From positions 11,993 to 75,992 of the forward strand of contig CAYLXX010000001.1 in assembly GCA_964387955.1 (NCBI GenBank): a stretch of 64,000 bases of DNA, in the 5' to 3' direction. Shown piece after piece: positions 1-9,773 of this stretch. A program made the translations under genes and the position numbers. This DNA comes from an uncultured Gammaproteobacteria bacterium (GTDB lineage: Bacteria > Patescibacteriota > Microgenomatia > UBA1406 > GWC2-37-13). Under the pieces are notes generated by a model that was not told where the DNA came from, made no database searches, and saw nothing but the letters and a program-made list of their open reading frames with translations. Every line of letters starts with the position of its first letter. The first letter of the stretch is position 1.

Positions 1-33
1 TCGAGTTTCAGTACCAATCTCCAAAGACTCGAT

Positions 34-588
34 CTATACAATTGACCCTCTGATAGGAGTAATCGGAAATGGTTGCGGAGAGGATGTGAACGTATTGTTT
101 CGTTTCGCGTCAACAACTTCATGAGATTGTTCAAGTTGCCACCAATCATTATTAGTAGTAAGAGAAGCAGTAAGTGCATGAAAGTATTGACCAATATTCG
201 TTCGTGCAAGTAGTGCTTGTGTTCTTTCAGCGATTTTTTCCTTAAGGCCGATTTGAGTCTCGGTATACAGTGCGTCATCAAATACTGGACCTTCATTAGG
301 TAATAAAACTTCAGTCACGTGCAGTTCTTGCTCATGGCCGTTAAATTGTACAGTTCCAACAACTTCATTTTTTTGAGCACCCTTAATAGCATTCAAAACT
401 ACATTAGCATCGGCTTTATTATTAAGAAAATCAGCCAGGAGCTTGTCGTTTTCTCGCTCTCCAGGTCGATCAACTACCGCAGCTTTATTTTGCCGATGAC
501 CAGGGATTCTACCGTGCTCAAGATAATCAGCCGTCGCGTGAACTTCTTCTGCTTCCAAGTGTGACCACCATGCTTTATCTGGACTCAT
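34..588 (-). CDS. hypothetical protein, no family recognised
   Basis: 184-aa ORF with ATG at 588. A TATAAA box lies 8 nt upstream on the minus strand (602..597). I cannot name any motif. Confidence 0.5.
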   Translation of the reverse strand: MSPDKAWWSHLEAEEVHATADYLEHGRIPGHRQNKAAVVDRPGERENDKLLADFLNNKADANVVLNAIKGAQKNEVVGTVQFNGHEQELHVTEVLLPNEGPVFDDALYTETQIGLKEKIAERTQALLARTNIGQYFHALTASLTTNNDWWQLEQSHEVVDAKRNNTFTSSPQPFPITPIRGSIV

Positions 589-632
589 AGTAATGGTTTA
601 TAATATGAATACTAATTTGTCAAGTTGAGATT

Positions 633-1685
633 ATGAAAATCCTATCTATAGATACGTCAGCCGATGAAACCTCTTGTGCCGTGACTACCGGTCGCAGGGT
701 AATTTCTCACATCGAATATTCCCAAATTTTGACCCATAAAAAATGGGGAGGTATTGTGCCTTCAATTGCCAAGCGTGCCCATGAGGAACGAATTGATATG
801 GTGGTTGAGGAAACAATTGTCAAATCAGGCTCAAAACTTGACGATATAGATTATTTTGCCGTGACGTATGGCCCAGGTCTGGCAATTGCTCTTGAGGTGG
901 GTATAAAAAAAATCAAAGAACTCGCTCAAGCATATAACAAATCTATTATTCCGGTCAATCATATGGAAGGACATATTTATTCATGTTTCGTGCAAAATAG
1001 TCAAGGCAACACAGCTTTTGACTTTGAGTTTCCGTATCTTGCTTTACTGGTATCGGGCGGACATACAGAACTTGTTCATTTTAAAAACCATGTTGAATAT
1101 GAGGTACTTGGTGAAACAACTGACGATGCCGCCGGGGAAGCACTTGATAAAGCAGGCAAACTATTAGGACTTGGTTACCCCGGCGGACCTGTAATCGAGA
1201 GACTAGCAGCCGATGTCAAACACGAAGACCGCTATGCATTTCCCCGGCCGATGATGAAATCCGGCAACCTGAAATTTTCTTTTTCCGGTCTAAAAACAGC
1301 TTTTTATTATCACCTTAAGAACATGAGCGAGGAAGATAAAATTGAGAACTTGAAATATTTAGCAAGTTCATTTCAAGAAGCGGTTTTCGACTCTATCATA
1401 AAAAAGACAGAAGATGCCATCAAACAAACGGGTATAAATCGATTAACTATAGGCGGAGGAGTAAGTGCCAATATATATTTAAGAAATCGAATGCGCAATT
1501 TAGTCAAAAAATATAGTGGCACAGTAATTTTTCCTCCTTATAAATATTTAACAGGCGATAATGCCGCTATGATTGGAGTCGCAGCTTTCTACAAAGCACA
1601 AAAAAATCTCTTTATACCTCCTGATGCGCATCTTGACCGAATACCAAGATTGTCGCTTAGCAATGCCGAATCTTTCCTGATATAA
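633..1685 (+). CDS. tsaD: tRNA N6-adenosine threonylcarbamoyltransferase TsaD (Kae1/Gcp family)
   Basis: 350 aa. N-terminus MKILSIDTSADETS, metal site NHMEGH, LLVSGGHTEL and GYPGGP are typical of TsaD. Confidence 0.9.
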   Translation: MKILSIDTSADETSCAVTTGRRVISHIEYSQILTHKKWGGIVPSIAKRAHEERIDMVVEETIVKSGSKLDDIDYFAVTYGPGLAIALEVGIKKIKELAQAYNKSIIPVNHMEGHIYSCFVQNSQGNTAFDFEFPYLALLVSGGHTELVHFKNHVEYEVLGETTDDAAGEALDKAGKLLGLGYPGGPVIERLAADVKHEDRYAFPRPMMKSGNLKFSFSGLKTAFYYHLKNMSEEDKIENLKYLASSFQEAVFDSIIKKTEDAIKQTGINRLTIGGGVSANIYLRNRMRNLVKKYSGTVIFPPYKYLTGDNAAMIGVAAFYKAQKNLFIPPDAHLDRIPRLSLSNAESFLI

Positions 1686-1692
1686 TAAGAGC

Positions 1693-2406
1693 ATGCTTTC
1701 GGTGAAAAAACTTACTGCAAAAGTGGGTAAAAAAACTATCCTTAAAGACTTCACTTTCAATTTCGAGAAAGGCAAAGTATATGCAGTGATGGGTCCGAAT
1801 GGATCTGGTAAATCTACTTTAGCATATGCCATTATGGGTCATCCTTCTTATACAATTAACGGTACTTCCAAAATGATTCTTGAGAAGAAAAATATTCTTG
1901 CTCTTGACGCCGAGAAACGAGCAAAACTAGGAATTTTTTTATCATTTCAAAATCCTCAATCTTTATCAGGCGTTAAAGTACGACAACTTTTGCAACTTGC
2001 TCTTCATGGCAAAAAAGATCCCTTGGCTCTACATAATGAAATTAAAAAATATGCTAAAGAATTACATATCAAAGACGAGCTACTGGAAAGATCTCTCAAT
2101 GACGGAGCTTCAGGTGGTGAAAAAAAGAAACTAGAAGTATTGCAAGCTGCTGTGCTCGATAAAAAGTTATTGATTTTTGATGAAGTTGATACTGGAGTTG
2201 ATGTTGACGCATTGAAGTCGATCTCCCAATTTTTACATAAATATAAAAAAAATAAAACCTACATTGTCATTACCCATTACAATCGTATTCTCCACTACTT
2301 AAAACCGGATTATGTATTAGTTCTTGTTGATGGACAACTTAAAAAGGTTGGCGACTCAAAATTAGCAAATCAGATAGAAAAAGAGGGTTATGGCAAATAC
2401 ACCTAA
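1693..2406 (+). CDS. sufC: Fe-S cluster assembly ATPase SufC
   Basis: Walker A GPNGSGKST, ABC signature GASGGEKKK, Walker B LLIFDEVDTG. First gene of a suf operon. Confidence 0.9.
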   Translation: MLSVKKLTAKVGKKTILKDFTFNFEKGKVYAVMGPNGSGKSTLAYAIMGHPSYTINGTSKMILEKKNILALDAEKRAKLGIFLSFQNPQSLSGVKVRQLLQLALHGKKDPLALHNEIKKYAKELHIKDELLERSLNDGASGGEKKKLEVLQAAVLDKKLLIFDEVDTGVDVDALKSISQFLHKYKKNKTYIVITHYNRILHYLKPDYVLVLVDGQLKKVGDSKLANQIEKEGYGKYT

Positions 2407-3787
2407 TTTAGACTTCGAATATAGATATGGTTTTTCGATGCAGGAAAACTACAAATTTAAAGCTCGTAAAGGGCTCAATGAAGCTGTAGTCAGACAAATT
2501 TCGGCCATGAAAAAAGAACCGAAATGGATGACTGATTTTCGACTCAAGTCATATAAAGTTTTTCTTGATAAAAAAATGCCCGACTGGGGAGCGGATTTAT
2601 CAAAAATTAATTTTGACAATATTTATTACTATATTAAACCGACCGAGGGACAAGCAGATAGCTGGGACAAATTACCTAAAGAAATCAAAGACACCTATGA
2701 CCGCATTGGCGTACCTGAAGCAGAAAAAAAATTTCTCTCAGGTGTATCTGCTCAATATGAGTCTGAGGTTGTGTATGAAAGTATCAGCAAACTGCTTACT
2801 AAACAAGGAGTAATTTTCTGCGATATGGATACAGCGCTTCGTAAGTATCCAGAGATAGTTAAAGAATATTTTGGTCACTTGATACCTCCTCATGACAATA
2901 AATTTGCAGCGCTTAATTCGGCAGTTTGGTCAGGTGGGTCATTTGTATATGTGCCAAAAGGTGTGCATGTCACTTTGCCTTTGCAAGCATACTTCAGAAT
3001 TAATGCCGAACGGTTTGGACAATTTGAAAGAACGTTGATTATTGCCGAAGAAGGAAGTAATGTTCATTATATTGAAGGGTGTACTGCGCCGATCTATACA
3101 ACTGATTCTTTGCATGCGGCAGTGGTGGAAATTTATGTCAAAAAGGATGCTCGTGTAAGATATACAACTGTGCAAAACTGGAGTAAAAATGTTTATAACT
3201 TGGTTACCAAACGTGCCAAGGCTCACGAAAACGCCATCATGGAATGGATTGACTGTAATCTTGGTAGCCAAGTGACAATGAAGTACCCAAGCGTGTATTT
3301 GATGGGCGAGGGGGCAAGAGGAGAAGTATTGTCTATTGCTTTTGCAGGAGAAAATCAACATCAAGATGCTGGTGCCAAAATGTTGCATTTTGCTCCAAAG
3401 ACTAAATCGAGAATTGTTTCTAAGTCAATCTCCAAAGACAACGGTCGAACTTCGTATCGTGGTTTAGTACAAGTTTTTCCGGGTGCTAAAGACTCATCGG
3501 TCTATGTATCATGCGACGCACTGATTCTTGATGAAAAATCTAGATCAGATACTTACCCATCAATGCGCATTAAAGAAAACGATGTCGAAGTGCAACATGA
3601 AGCAACAGTTGAAAAATTAGGAGAGGATAAATTATTTTATCTCATGTCTCGAGGCATGAGTAAAACCGATGCCGAAGGGTTGCTTGTAAACGGGTTCATT
3701 GACCCGGTCACTCGCGAGATTCCTCTTGAGTATTCGATTGAGTTAAATCGTTTGATCAAGCTGGAGATGGCTGGAAGTGTAGGATGA
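2390..3787 (+). CDS. sufB: Fe-S cluster assembly scaffold SufB
   Basis: 465 aa with SufB-like core (NTVQNWSKNVYNLVTKR, EATVEKLGEDKLFYLMSRG). Overlaps sufC by 17 nt. Confidence 0.9.
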   Translation: MANTPNLDFEYRYGFSMQENYKFKARKGLNEAVVRQISAMKKEPKWMTDFRLKSYKVFLDKKMPDWGADLSKINFDNIYYYIKPTEGQADSWDKLPKEIKDTYDRIGVPEAEKKFLSGVSAQYESEVVYESISKLLTKQGVIFCDMDTALRKYPEIVKEYFGHLIPPHDNKFAALNSAVWSGGSFVYVPKGVHVTLPLQAYFRINAERFGQFERTLIIAEEGSNVHYIEGCTAPIYTTDSLHAAVVEIYVKKDARVRYTTVQNWSKNVYNLVTKRAKAHENAIMEWIDCNLGSQVTMKYPSVYLMGEGARGEVLSIAFAGENQHQDAGAKMLHFAPKTKSRIVSKSISKDNGRTSYRGLVQVFPGAKDSSVYVSCDALILDEKSRSDTYPSMRIKENDVEVQHEATVEKLGEDKLFYLMSRGMSKTDAEGLLVNGFIDPVTREIPLEYSIELNRLIKLEMAGSVG

Positions 3788-4350
3788 AAAATTTCATTGA
3801 TTTAAATAAAACTAAAAAGAAAGCCCTCATTTTTGATGAACCAGGGGATTATGTGGTATTTTTTCATAACTTGTCTGGGACTTTTAGTGTAGATTTAGCT
3901 GCTAAAAATATCAATGTCGATATATATGGTTTATACACAGGGAAAAAAGATGACGTATTTACCATTGAGACAATACAACATCACCGAGCACCTCAATCAA
4001 CTTCTAATCTTCTTATAAAGGGAGTTTTTGATGATCAGTCGAAATTTCACTATCAAGGATTAATACGTATCGAAAAAACTGGTCAACAATCACATGCATA
4101 TCAAAAAAATCAAAACCTTATTCTTTCACCCAAAACATTTGTAGAATCTAAACCTTATCTTGAAATATTGGCCAATGATGTTTTCTGTACTCATGGTTCA
4201 ACAACTGGTAAACTCAATCAAGAGCACATGTTTTATCTGGAAAGTAGAGGGCTTGATAAAGATAAAGCTGAGGATTTGTTGGTTGAAGGTTTTATTAATG
4301 AAGTATATGAAAAAGTGAAAGAAAAAGTTCCCGGTTTTAAACCATCATAA
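3784..4350 (+). CDS. sufD: SufD-like protein, short form (C-terminal SufBD domain only)
   Basis: 188 aa. C-terminal THGSTTGKLNQEHMFYLESRGL parallels the SufB C-terminus. ATGA overlap with sufB. Confidence 0.75.
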   Translation: MKNFIDLNKTKKKALIFDEPGDYVVFFHNLSGTFSVDLAAKNINVDIYGLYTGKKDDVFTIETIQHHRAPQSTSNLLIKGVFDDQSKFHYQGLIRIEKTGQQSHAYQKNQNLILSPKTFVESKPYLEILANDVFCTHGSTTGKLNQEHMFYLESRGLDKDKAEDLLVEGFINEVYEKVKEKVPGFKPS

Positions 4351-4351
4351 T

Positions 4352-5596
4352 ATGTTAGATGTCAAAAAAATCAAAAAAGACTTTCCGATATTCAAAAGTC
4401 ATCCAGAGCTTGTGTATTTGGATTCAACTGCAACCTCACTGAAGCCTTATAAAGTGATACAGAAATTAAATGAATATTATGTGCAGTATAGCGCTAATAT
4501 TCATCGCGGTATTTACAAGATAGCCGAGCGCGCGACAGATGAATACGAAAAGGCGCGCTCCGAAATTGCTACATTTATCGGCGTCACAGATGCACGCGAA
4601 ATTATTTTTACCCGCAATGCAACCGAGTCTATCAATTTGGTAGCTTACAGTCTTGGCCGAGAAATTATTGATAATAAATCAGAAGTTGTAGTTTCTGTCA
4701 TGGAGCATCACTCGAATTTTGTACCATGGCAACAGTTGGCGTTTGAGAATGGAGCCGAGTTTAAAGTGATCGATGTTGACGACAATGGCGAATTATCTCT
4801 GGGAAAAACCGAACAAGAAATGATTAAATCGCTTGAGGCGATTGTCACGAAGCGAACCAAAGTTTTGGCACTAGTGCATGTTTCCAATGTTGTAGGCACT
4901 GTGAATCCAATTAAAGACATTATCAGAATTGCCAAAAAAATTAATCCTCACGTAATCACCGTTATCGATGGCGCACAAGCAGTGCCGCACATGAAGGTTG
5001 ACGTGAAAGATTTAGGCTGTGATTTTTACGTATTTTCCTCTCACAAAATGCTAGGGCCAACGGGCATAGGTATCTTGTGGGGGAAATATGAACTACTTGA
5101 GAAAATGTACCCATTTTTATACGGAGGTGAAATGATTTCTGAGGTAAAAATTGAAGAAACGTTGTTCAAAGAACCGCCGTATAAGTTTGAGGCAGGCACT
5201 CCTCATATAGCTGGTGCAATTGCTCTAGGAGAAGCAGTACGGTATTTGGAAGCAATTGGTATGGATGCAATTCATAAACATGAAGAAGAACTTTTTAATT
5301 ATGTGCATACAAAACTATACGATGAATTTGGCGGCGATTTAAAAATATTAGGGCCGCATTATAATAAAGCAGCTATTGCAGCGTTTGTTTTTGGGAAATA
5401 TCATCCACATGATATTGCCTACATTCTTGATGAACAGGGGATCGCGGTCCGGGCTGGGAATCATTGTGCCGGACCGCTCCATACCCGCTTTTCATTACCT
5501 GCTTCAACAAGAGCCAGCTTTTATGTATATAACGATACCGAAGATGTCGACGCGCTTATTGCTGGTTTAAAAAAAATAAAACATACTTTAAAGTAA
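4352..5596 (+). CDS. sufS: cysteine desulfurase SufS
   Basis: 414 aa class V aminotransferase. PLP-lysine region FSSHKMLGPTGIG and active-site loop RAGNHCAGPL. Confidence 0.9.
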   Translation: MLDVKKIKKDFPIFKSHPELVYLDSTATSLKPYKVIQKLNEYYVQYSANIHRGIYKIAERATDEYEKARSEIATFIGVTDAREIIFTRNATESINLVAYSLGREIIDNKSEVVVSVMEHHSNFVPWQQLAFENGAEFKVIDVDDNGELSLGKTEQEMIKSLEAIVTKRTKVLALVHVSNVVGTVNPIKDIIRIAKKINPHVITVIDGAQAVPHMKVDVKDLGCDFYVFSSHKMLGPTGIGILWGKYELLEKMYPFLYGGEMISEVKIEETLFKEPPYKFEAGTPHIAGAIALGEAVRYLEAIGMDAIHKHEEELFNYVHTKLYDEFGGDLKILGPHYNKAAIAAFVFGKYHPHDIAYILDEQGIAVRAGNHCAGPLHTRFSLPASTRASFYVYNDTEDVDALIAGLKKIKHTLK

Positions 5597-5597
5597 T

Positions 5598-5954
5598 ATG
5601 TCAATCTACCAGGAAATTATCCTCGATCATTACCATAATCCGCGCAATTTTAAATCTATTAAGGGAGCAACCAGTGAAACTAAAGTCAACAATCCTCTTT
5701 GCGGCGATATGATTTATATGCAGGTGCATGAAAAAAGCGGAGTTATCGAAGAAATTGCCTTTACGGGTGAAGGCTGCGCAATTTCCAAAGCCTCGGCCTC
5801 AATTCTCACGGAAAACGTGAAGGGAAAAAAAGTTTCAGACGTTAAGCAAATCAAAAGCGATGATGTTATCAAACTTATCGGCATTGAACTGTCTCCCAAT
5901 AGATTAAAATGTGCTTTATTGTCATGGGAAGCACTCATGAAAGTCCTCAAGTAG
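5598..5954 (+). CDS. sufU: SufU/IscU-type Fe-S scaffold or sulfur acceptor
   Basis: 118 aa. NPLCGD, GEGCAISKASAS and a C-terminal conserved Cys (RLKCALLSWEAL). Confidence 0.85.
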   Translation: MSIYQEIILDHYHNPRNFKSIKGATSETKVNNPLCGDMIYMQVHEKSGVIEEIAFTGEGCAISKASASILTENVKGKKVSDVKQIKSDDVIKLIGIELSPNRLKCALLSWEALMKVLK

Positions 5955-5964
5955 AATATAGCAT

Positions 5965-6243
5965 ATGGATACCAACGTCAAAATTAAAGATCCCCACAAT
6001 CCTTCAGGCCCAGTAGTTGTAAAAAATCTTAAAATTATAGTTGATCGGGACTTGTGTATAGGAGCGGCAACGTGTGTAGCCATAGCCCCGCAAACATTTC
6101 TACTTGACTCAGATGCCAAAGCTATTATTCTCGACACCGCAGATTTAGAGGCAGAAGATGTTATAGTCGATGCCGCCCGCGGGTGTCCCACAGCTGCTAT
6201 AATCATAGAAGATGATAAAGGCAACCGGATCTTCCCTAAATAA
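5965..6243 (+). CDS. single-cluster ferredoxin with three Cys (CxxAxxC...CP type)
   Basis: 92 aa. DLCIGAATCVAIAP plus RGCPTAAI. Only three Cys in total, the pattern of 3Fe-4S-type or 3-Cys ferredoxins. Confidence 0.75.
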   Translation: MDTNVKIKDPHNPSGPVVVKNLKIIVDRDLCIGAATCVAIAPQTFLLDSDAKAIILDTADLEAEDVIVDAARGCPTAAIIIEDDKGNRIFPK

Positions 6244-6397
6244 CATCAATGTTGCTCGAGAAGCTGTGCAGAATGCAGTTCAAACCAATCTCCGCGAATG
6301 TCCTTCGTGTGGAGAACTAACTCTCAAAGGTATGCCAGGAGGCCACGATGCCATCTGTAAAAATTGCGGTTACAAAGATCCTTGCTGTTATGATTAA
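6212..6397 (+). CDS. small zinc-ribbon protein (start uncertain)
   Basis: CPSCG...CKNCG double CxxC plus a C-terminal CCYD. The ATG at 6212 overlaps the ferredoxin end; an in-frame GTG at 6266 is an alternative start. The stop overlaps the greA ATG. Confidence 0.45.
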   Translation: MIKATGSSLNNINVAREAVQNAVQTNLRECPSCGELTLKGMPGGHDAICKNCGYKDPCCYD

Positions 6398-6845
6398 GAA
6401 AATAATTTTTACCAAAGAAGGGTTTGAGGATCTTCTTAAAGAGAAAAAAGAGCTTGATGACAATAGAATAGGAGCCGTTAAAGAACTCTCAATTGCACGA
6501 GATATGGGTGACCGGAGCGAAAATGCCTTTTACAAAACTGCTCGTCAAAAATTATCCGGTATTGATAGAAGACTAAGGGAAATTAATCGACTTGTTAGAT
6601 TAGCAGAGGTTGTTAAGCCCAATAATACCGGCGTTGTCGAAATTGGCACACATGTTGTTTTGCAATCCGATGGAGAAACTTTTAGATATTTGATTGTTGG
6701 AGATTATGAATCTGATCTTTCCAAAGGCAGATTGTCTTGCACATCACCTCTTGGTAAGTCTCTTATTGGTAAAAGGTCTGGGGAAACAATCTCACTGACA
6801 CTACCTAAAGGAGAAAAAACCTACACGATTGAGTCTATTAATTAA
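6390..6845 (+). CDS. greA: transcription elongation factor GreA
   Basis: MIKKIIFTKEGFEDLLKEKKEL coiled-coil N-terminus, DRSENAFY motif, C-terminal FKBP-like domain. I chose the ATG at 6390 rather than the track start at 6348. Confidence 0.85.
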   Translation: MIKKIIFTKEGFEDLLKEKKELDDNRIGAVKELSIARDMGDRSENAFYKTARQKLSGIDRRLREINRLVRLAEVVKPNNTGVVEIGTHVVLQSDGETFRYLIVGDYESDLSKGRLSCTSPLGKSLIGKRSGETISLTLPKGEKTYTIESIN

Positions 6846-7086
6846 GTTCAAAATGATCTGGTCCGACCATATGCATTGCCAATTCATGCACTTTGACTTC
6901 CTCCATTAGGTGTTGAGCGTATTCAGGATCGTTATACCTAAAAACACTCGTTAAAGCGCTGGCATAAATGCCCATTTTTCGGCACCAAAGCTCATACTCG
7001 ATATCAACTTTACCTTTGTCTGACCTGATATCAATAATTCTCTGGAGTTGATCATCAACCTGTTCATTTCTTTCTAACATAGGCAA
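6838..7086 (-). CDS. hypothetical protein
   Basis: 82-aa ORF convergent with greA, overlapping it by 8 nt at the stops. No motif recognised. Confidence 0.4.
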   Translation of the reverse strand: MPMLERNEQVDDQLQRIIDIRSDKGKVDIEYELWCRKMGIYASALTSVFRYNDPEYAQHLMEEVKVHELAMHMVGPDHFELN

Positions 7087-7120
7087 TTATATCAAACCCA
7101 CCAAACCTGTAAAAAATAAG

Positions 7121-7150
7121 TTGATTCTAGTGACAGTTTCTCCCTATAAT
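7121..7150 (+). promoter_or_regulatory. sigma70-like promoter for a leaderless oxidoreductase operon
   Basis: TTGATT (7121..7126), 18-nt spacer, TATAAT (7145..7150). The ATG at 7156 is only 5 nt downstream. Confidence 0.6.
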
Positions 7151-7155
7151 CAAGT

Positions 7156-8871
7156 ATGCATAAGTATTTGTGGAAAATAGGCGGTGAAGCAGGTTTCGGT
7201 ATCATGGTCTCGGGCCTTACTTTTTCCAAGATTGCAGTGCAATCCGGGTATCATATTTTCGATTACGCCGAATATCCCTCACTTATTCGCGGCGGACACA
7301 ATGCCTATGAGGTGCTTGTATCTGAACAAGAAGTCGGTGCTACCAAATGGGTCATTGATTTACTTGTTTGTTTAAATAAAGCAACTTTCGAGGTGCACAA
7401 ACATCGTTTAACTACCACCAGTATGGTAGTTTATGATCCTGAAGAGTTTGATTTTCAAGATAACTTCATCAAAATACACTTACCACTCCGTAAACTGCGC
7501 AAGGAATTTGAAATCATGCAAATGATGACTAATACCATTGCTCTTGGAGCTAGTTTGGCGCTTCTTGATTGTGATATCGAGATTTTGTATGAGCTTATTA
7601 CTAAGGAATTCGAAAAAAAAGGCCAAGAGGTCGTGGATTTTAATAAAAAATTAGCTCAAGCCGGATACGATCACATTAAAAATAACTATTCAGAACATAT
7701 TCAGCAAGTTCTAACGCCTCGACACGACAAACAGCAATTAGTCATGTCAGGAAACGAAGCATTTTCGCTAGCCTCAGTGATTGCCGATTGCCGATTTTAC
7801 TGCGCATACCCAATGACACCAACCTCAAATGTACTCACTACACTTGCCTCCTGGGAGCAAAAAACCAAAATGGTTGTTCGTCATGCCGAAGATGAAATCT
7901 CAGTGATTAATACAGCACTTGGAGCTTCGTTTGCCGGTGTACGAGCTGCAGTTGGTACTTCGGGCGGGGGGTTTGCCCTGATGGTAGAGGCAATTTCATT
8001 TGCGGGTGTAGCCGAAATCCCCATCGTTATATTTTTAGGACAAAGACCAGGCCCTGCTACCGGAATGCCTACCTGGACTGAGCAGGGGGAGCTTTTGTTT
8101 GCTTCACATGCAGGCCACGGAGAATTCCCAAAAATAGTTCTTGCTCCAGGAGACATCTACGAAATGTTTGAGTTGACTGCGCGCGCGTTTGATCTGGCCG
8201 ACATATACCAAACGCCGGTAATAATCTTGGGAGATAAATTTATCTGTGAGTCACATAAAAGTCATCCCAAAGATGAGTTGGTGACATTTGCTTCCAATCA
8301 TAAGCATAATCGAGGCAAAAATATTACAGAAGTTTTTTCGGATACCTATCTGAGGTATCAGGTAACTGCCGACGGTATATCCGAAAGGTTAATTCCCGGC
8401 TTAAAAGGGCACTTTTATCAAGCCAATTCATATGAACATTTAGAAGATAGTCACACTACTGAGGCAGCCCAACCACGCAAGCAACAAGTGGATAAACGTA
8501 ATCAAAAATGGCTTACATACACTGCCAATCATTTCCAAAAGCCTAAAGTTTACGGGGATTTAAGAAGCGCTGATACAGTTTTTGTATCTTGGGGAGGCAA
8601 TAAAGGCCCCATACTGGAAGCCCAAAAAGAACTACTTATGAAAGGACACCAATCGGCCTATATCCATTTCACTCATGTGTACCCGCTTGATGAAAAAAGT
8701 ATTGCTCCAATATTTGCCGACAAAAAACGCTATATTTTAATCGAGAATAATTCCCACGGGCAATTTGGCCAACTTTTGCGTATGCATACAGGGATAAATA
8801 TTAAAGAAAAATTACTAAAGTACGATGGCCGACCATTTTGTCCAGAAGAAATTATCAAATACGTTCTATGA
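7156..8871 (+). CDS. 2-oxoacid:ferredoxin oxidoreductase, fused gamma-alpha subunit
   Basis: 571 aa. The N-terminal POR gamma-like domain (GGEAGFGIMVSG) is followed by an alpha domain (GNEAFSLASV...CAYPMTPTS). Confidence 0.85.
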   Translation: MHKYLWKIGGEAGFGIMVSGLTFSKIAVQSGYHIFDYAEYPSLIRGGHNAYEVLVSEQEVGATKWVIDLLVCLNKATFEVHKHRLTTTSMVVYDPEEFDFQDNFIKIHLPLRKLRKEFEIMQMMTNTIALGASLALLDCDIEILYELITKEFEKKGQEVVDFNKKLAQAGYDHIKNNYSEHIQQVLTPRHDKQQLVMSGNEAFSLASVIADCRFYCAYPMTPTSNVLTTLASWEQKTKMVVRHAEDEISVINTALGASFAGVRAAVGTSGGGFALMVEAISFAGVAEIPIVIFLGQRPGPATGMPTWTEQGELLFASHAGHGEFPKIVLAPGDIYEMFELTARAFDLADIYQTPVIILGDKFICESHKSHPKDELVTFASNHKHNRGKNITEVFSDTYLRYQVTADGISERLIPGLKGHFYQANSYEHLEDSHTTEAAQPRKQQVDKRNQKWLTYTANHFQKPKVYGDLRSADTVFVSWGGNKGPILEAQKELLMKGHQSAYIHFTHVYPLDEKSIAPIFADKKRYILIENNSHGQFGQLLRMHTGINIKEKLLKYDGRPFCPEEIIKYVL

Positions 8872-9722
8872 AAGTACACAAAGATTTATCAGGTTATCCC
8901 GGCACTTGGTGTCCTGGATGTGGTGATTGGGCGATAAGTTTATCCATAAAAAAAGCTTTCACTGAACTGGGGCTTGATCCATCGGGAGTGTTTGTAGTCT
9001 TTGATATAGGCTGTTCAGGCAACATGAATGATGTTTTAAATGCGTATGCTATGCACTCGCTCCATGGTCGCTCGATTCCGCCGGCAGTCGGCATGAAGCT
9101 TGCCAATCACAAAATGAACGTTGTCGTTATCGGCGGCGATGGAGGAATATTTGGTGAAGGTGGTAACCATTTCTTACACGCTTGTCGAGGCAACCACGAC
9201 ATAACAGTCATCGTACATGACAACAGTGTTTATGGCTTAACAACGGGCCAAGTCGCGCCGACTGCCGAGAAAGGTTTTGTATCCAAGTCTACCCCAGAAG
9301 GAATCATCGAAATACCAATTAATCCATTGACTCTTGCTATCACATCCGGCGCCACATATGTGGCTCAGGCGTTTGCAGGCGACTCGAAACAAGTTACTGA
9401 CTTAATCAAGCAAGGCATGCACCATAAGGGATTTTCTTTTATTAATGTTTTACAGCCGTGTGTAACGTTTAATCCTATCAATACGTATCAATACTACTAT
9501 GATAGGATATATCAGCTTCCGAAAGAGCATGAAGCTGGCTCATACGAGAAAGCAGTTCTCGAGTCATTTAAAATGAATGAAGAAAAATATCCTTTAGGAG
9601 TTGTCTATCAAGCATTTAAACCAGCATATCATGAACAAGTCGAAGAGTTGTCACCTGAGAAAACATTGGTTGAACGACCCATGTATGAAAATTGGCGTGA
9701 ATTAATTGAGGAATTTGGGTGA
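8868..9722 (+). CDS. 2-oxoacid:ferredoxin oxidoreductase, beta (TPP-binding) subunit
   Basis: WCPGCGDWAI and GGDGG TPP-binding motifs. The ATG at 8868 forms an ATGA overlap with the alpha-subunit stop. Confidence 0.85.
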   Translation: MKVHKDLSGYPGTWCPGCGDWAISLSIKKAFTELGLDPSGVFVVFDIGCSGNMNDVLNAYAMHSLHGRSIPPAVGMKLANHKMNVVVIGGDGGIFGEGGNHFLHACRGNHDITVIVHDNSVYGLTTGQVAPTAEKGFVSKSTPEGIIEIPINPLTLAITSGATYVAQAFAGDSKQVTDLIKQGMHHKGFSFINVLQPCVTFNPINTYQYYYDRIYQLPKEHEAGSYEKAVLESFKMNEEKYPLGVVYQAFKPAYHEQVEELSPEKTLVERPMYENWRELIEEFG

Positions 9723-9737
9723 TATAGTATATAGAGG

Positions 9738-9766
9738 TTGACAGTTAGCAATACATTTGTTATACT
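9738..9766 (+). promoter_or_regulatory. sigma70-like promoter for leaderless lon
   Basis: TTGACA (9738..9743), 17-nt spacer, TATACT (9761..9766), then 7 nt to the ATG at 9774. Confidence 0.65.
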
Positions 9767-9773
9767 GCTAATT

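Noticed and set aside
2939-3388. Other antisense or alternate-frame ORFs above 100 aa, for example 2939..3388, 11825..12229, 13138..13515, 16041..16391, 34596..35027, 46347..46694, 48590..48979, 50308..50754 and 60276..60650
   Set aside because: Each is fully contained in a confidently identified gene on the other strand or frame and has low-complexity or hydrophobic mirror composition.
9738-9773. ORF-track TTG start for lon, which would add 12 hydrophobic residues
   Set aside because: The TTG is the first triplet of a TTGACA -35 box with a 17-nt spacer to TATACT. The ATG at 9774 fits both the promoter geometry and the Lon N-domain.
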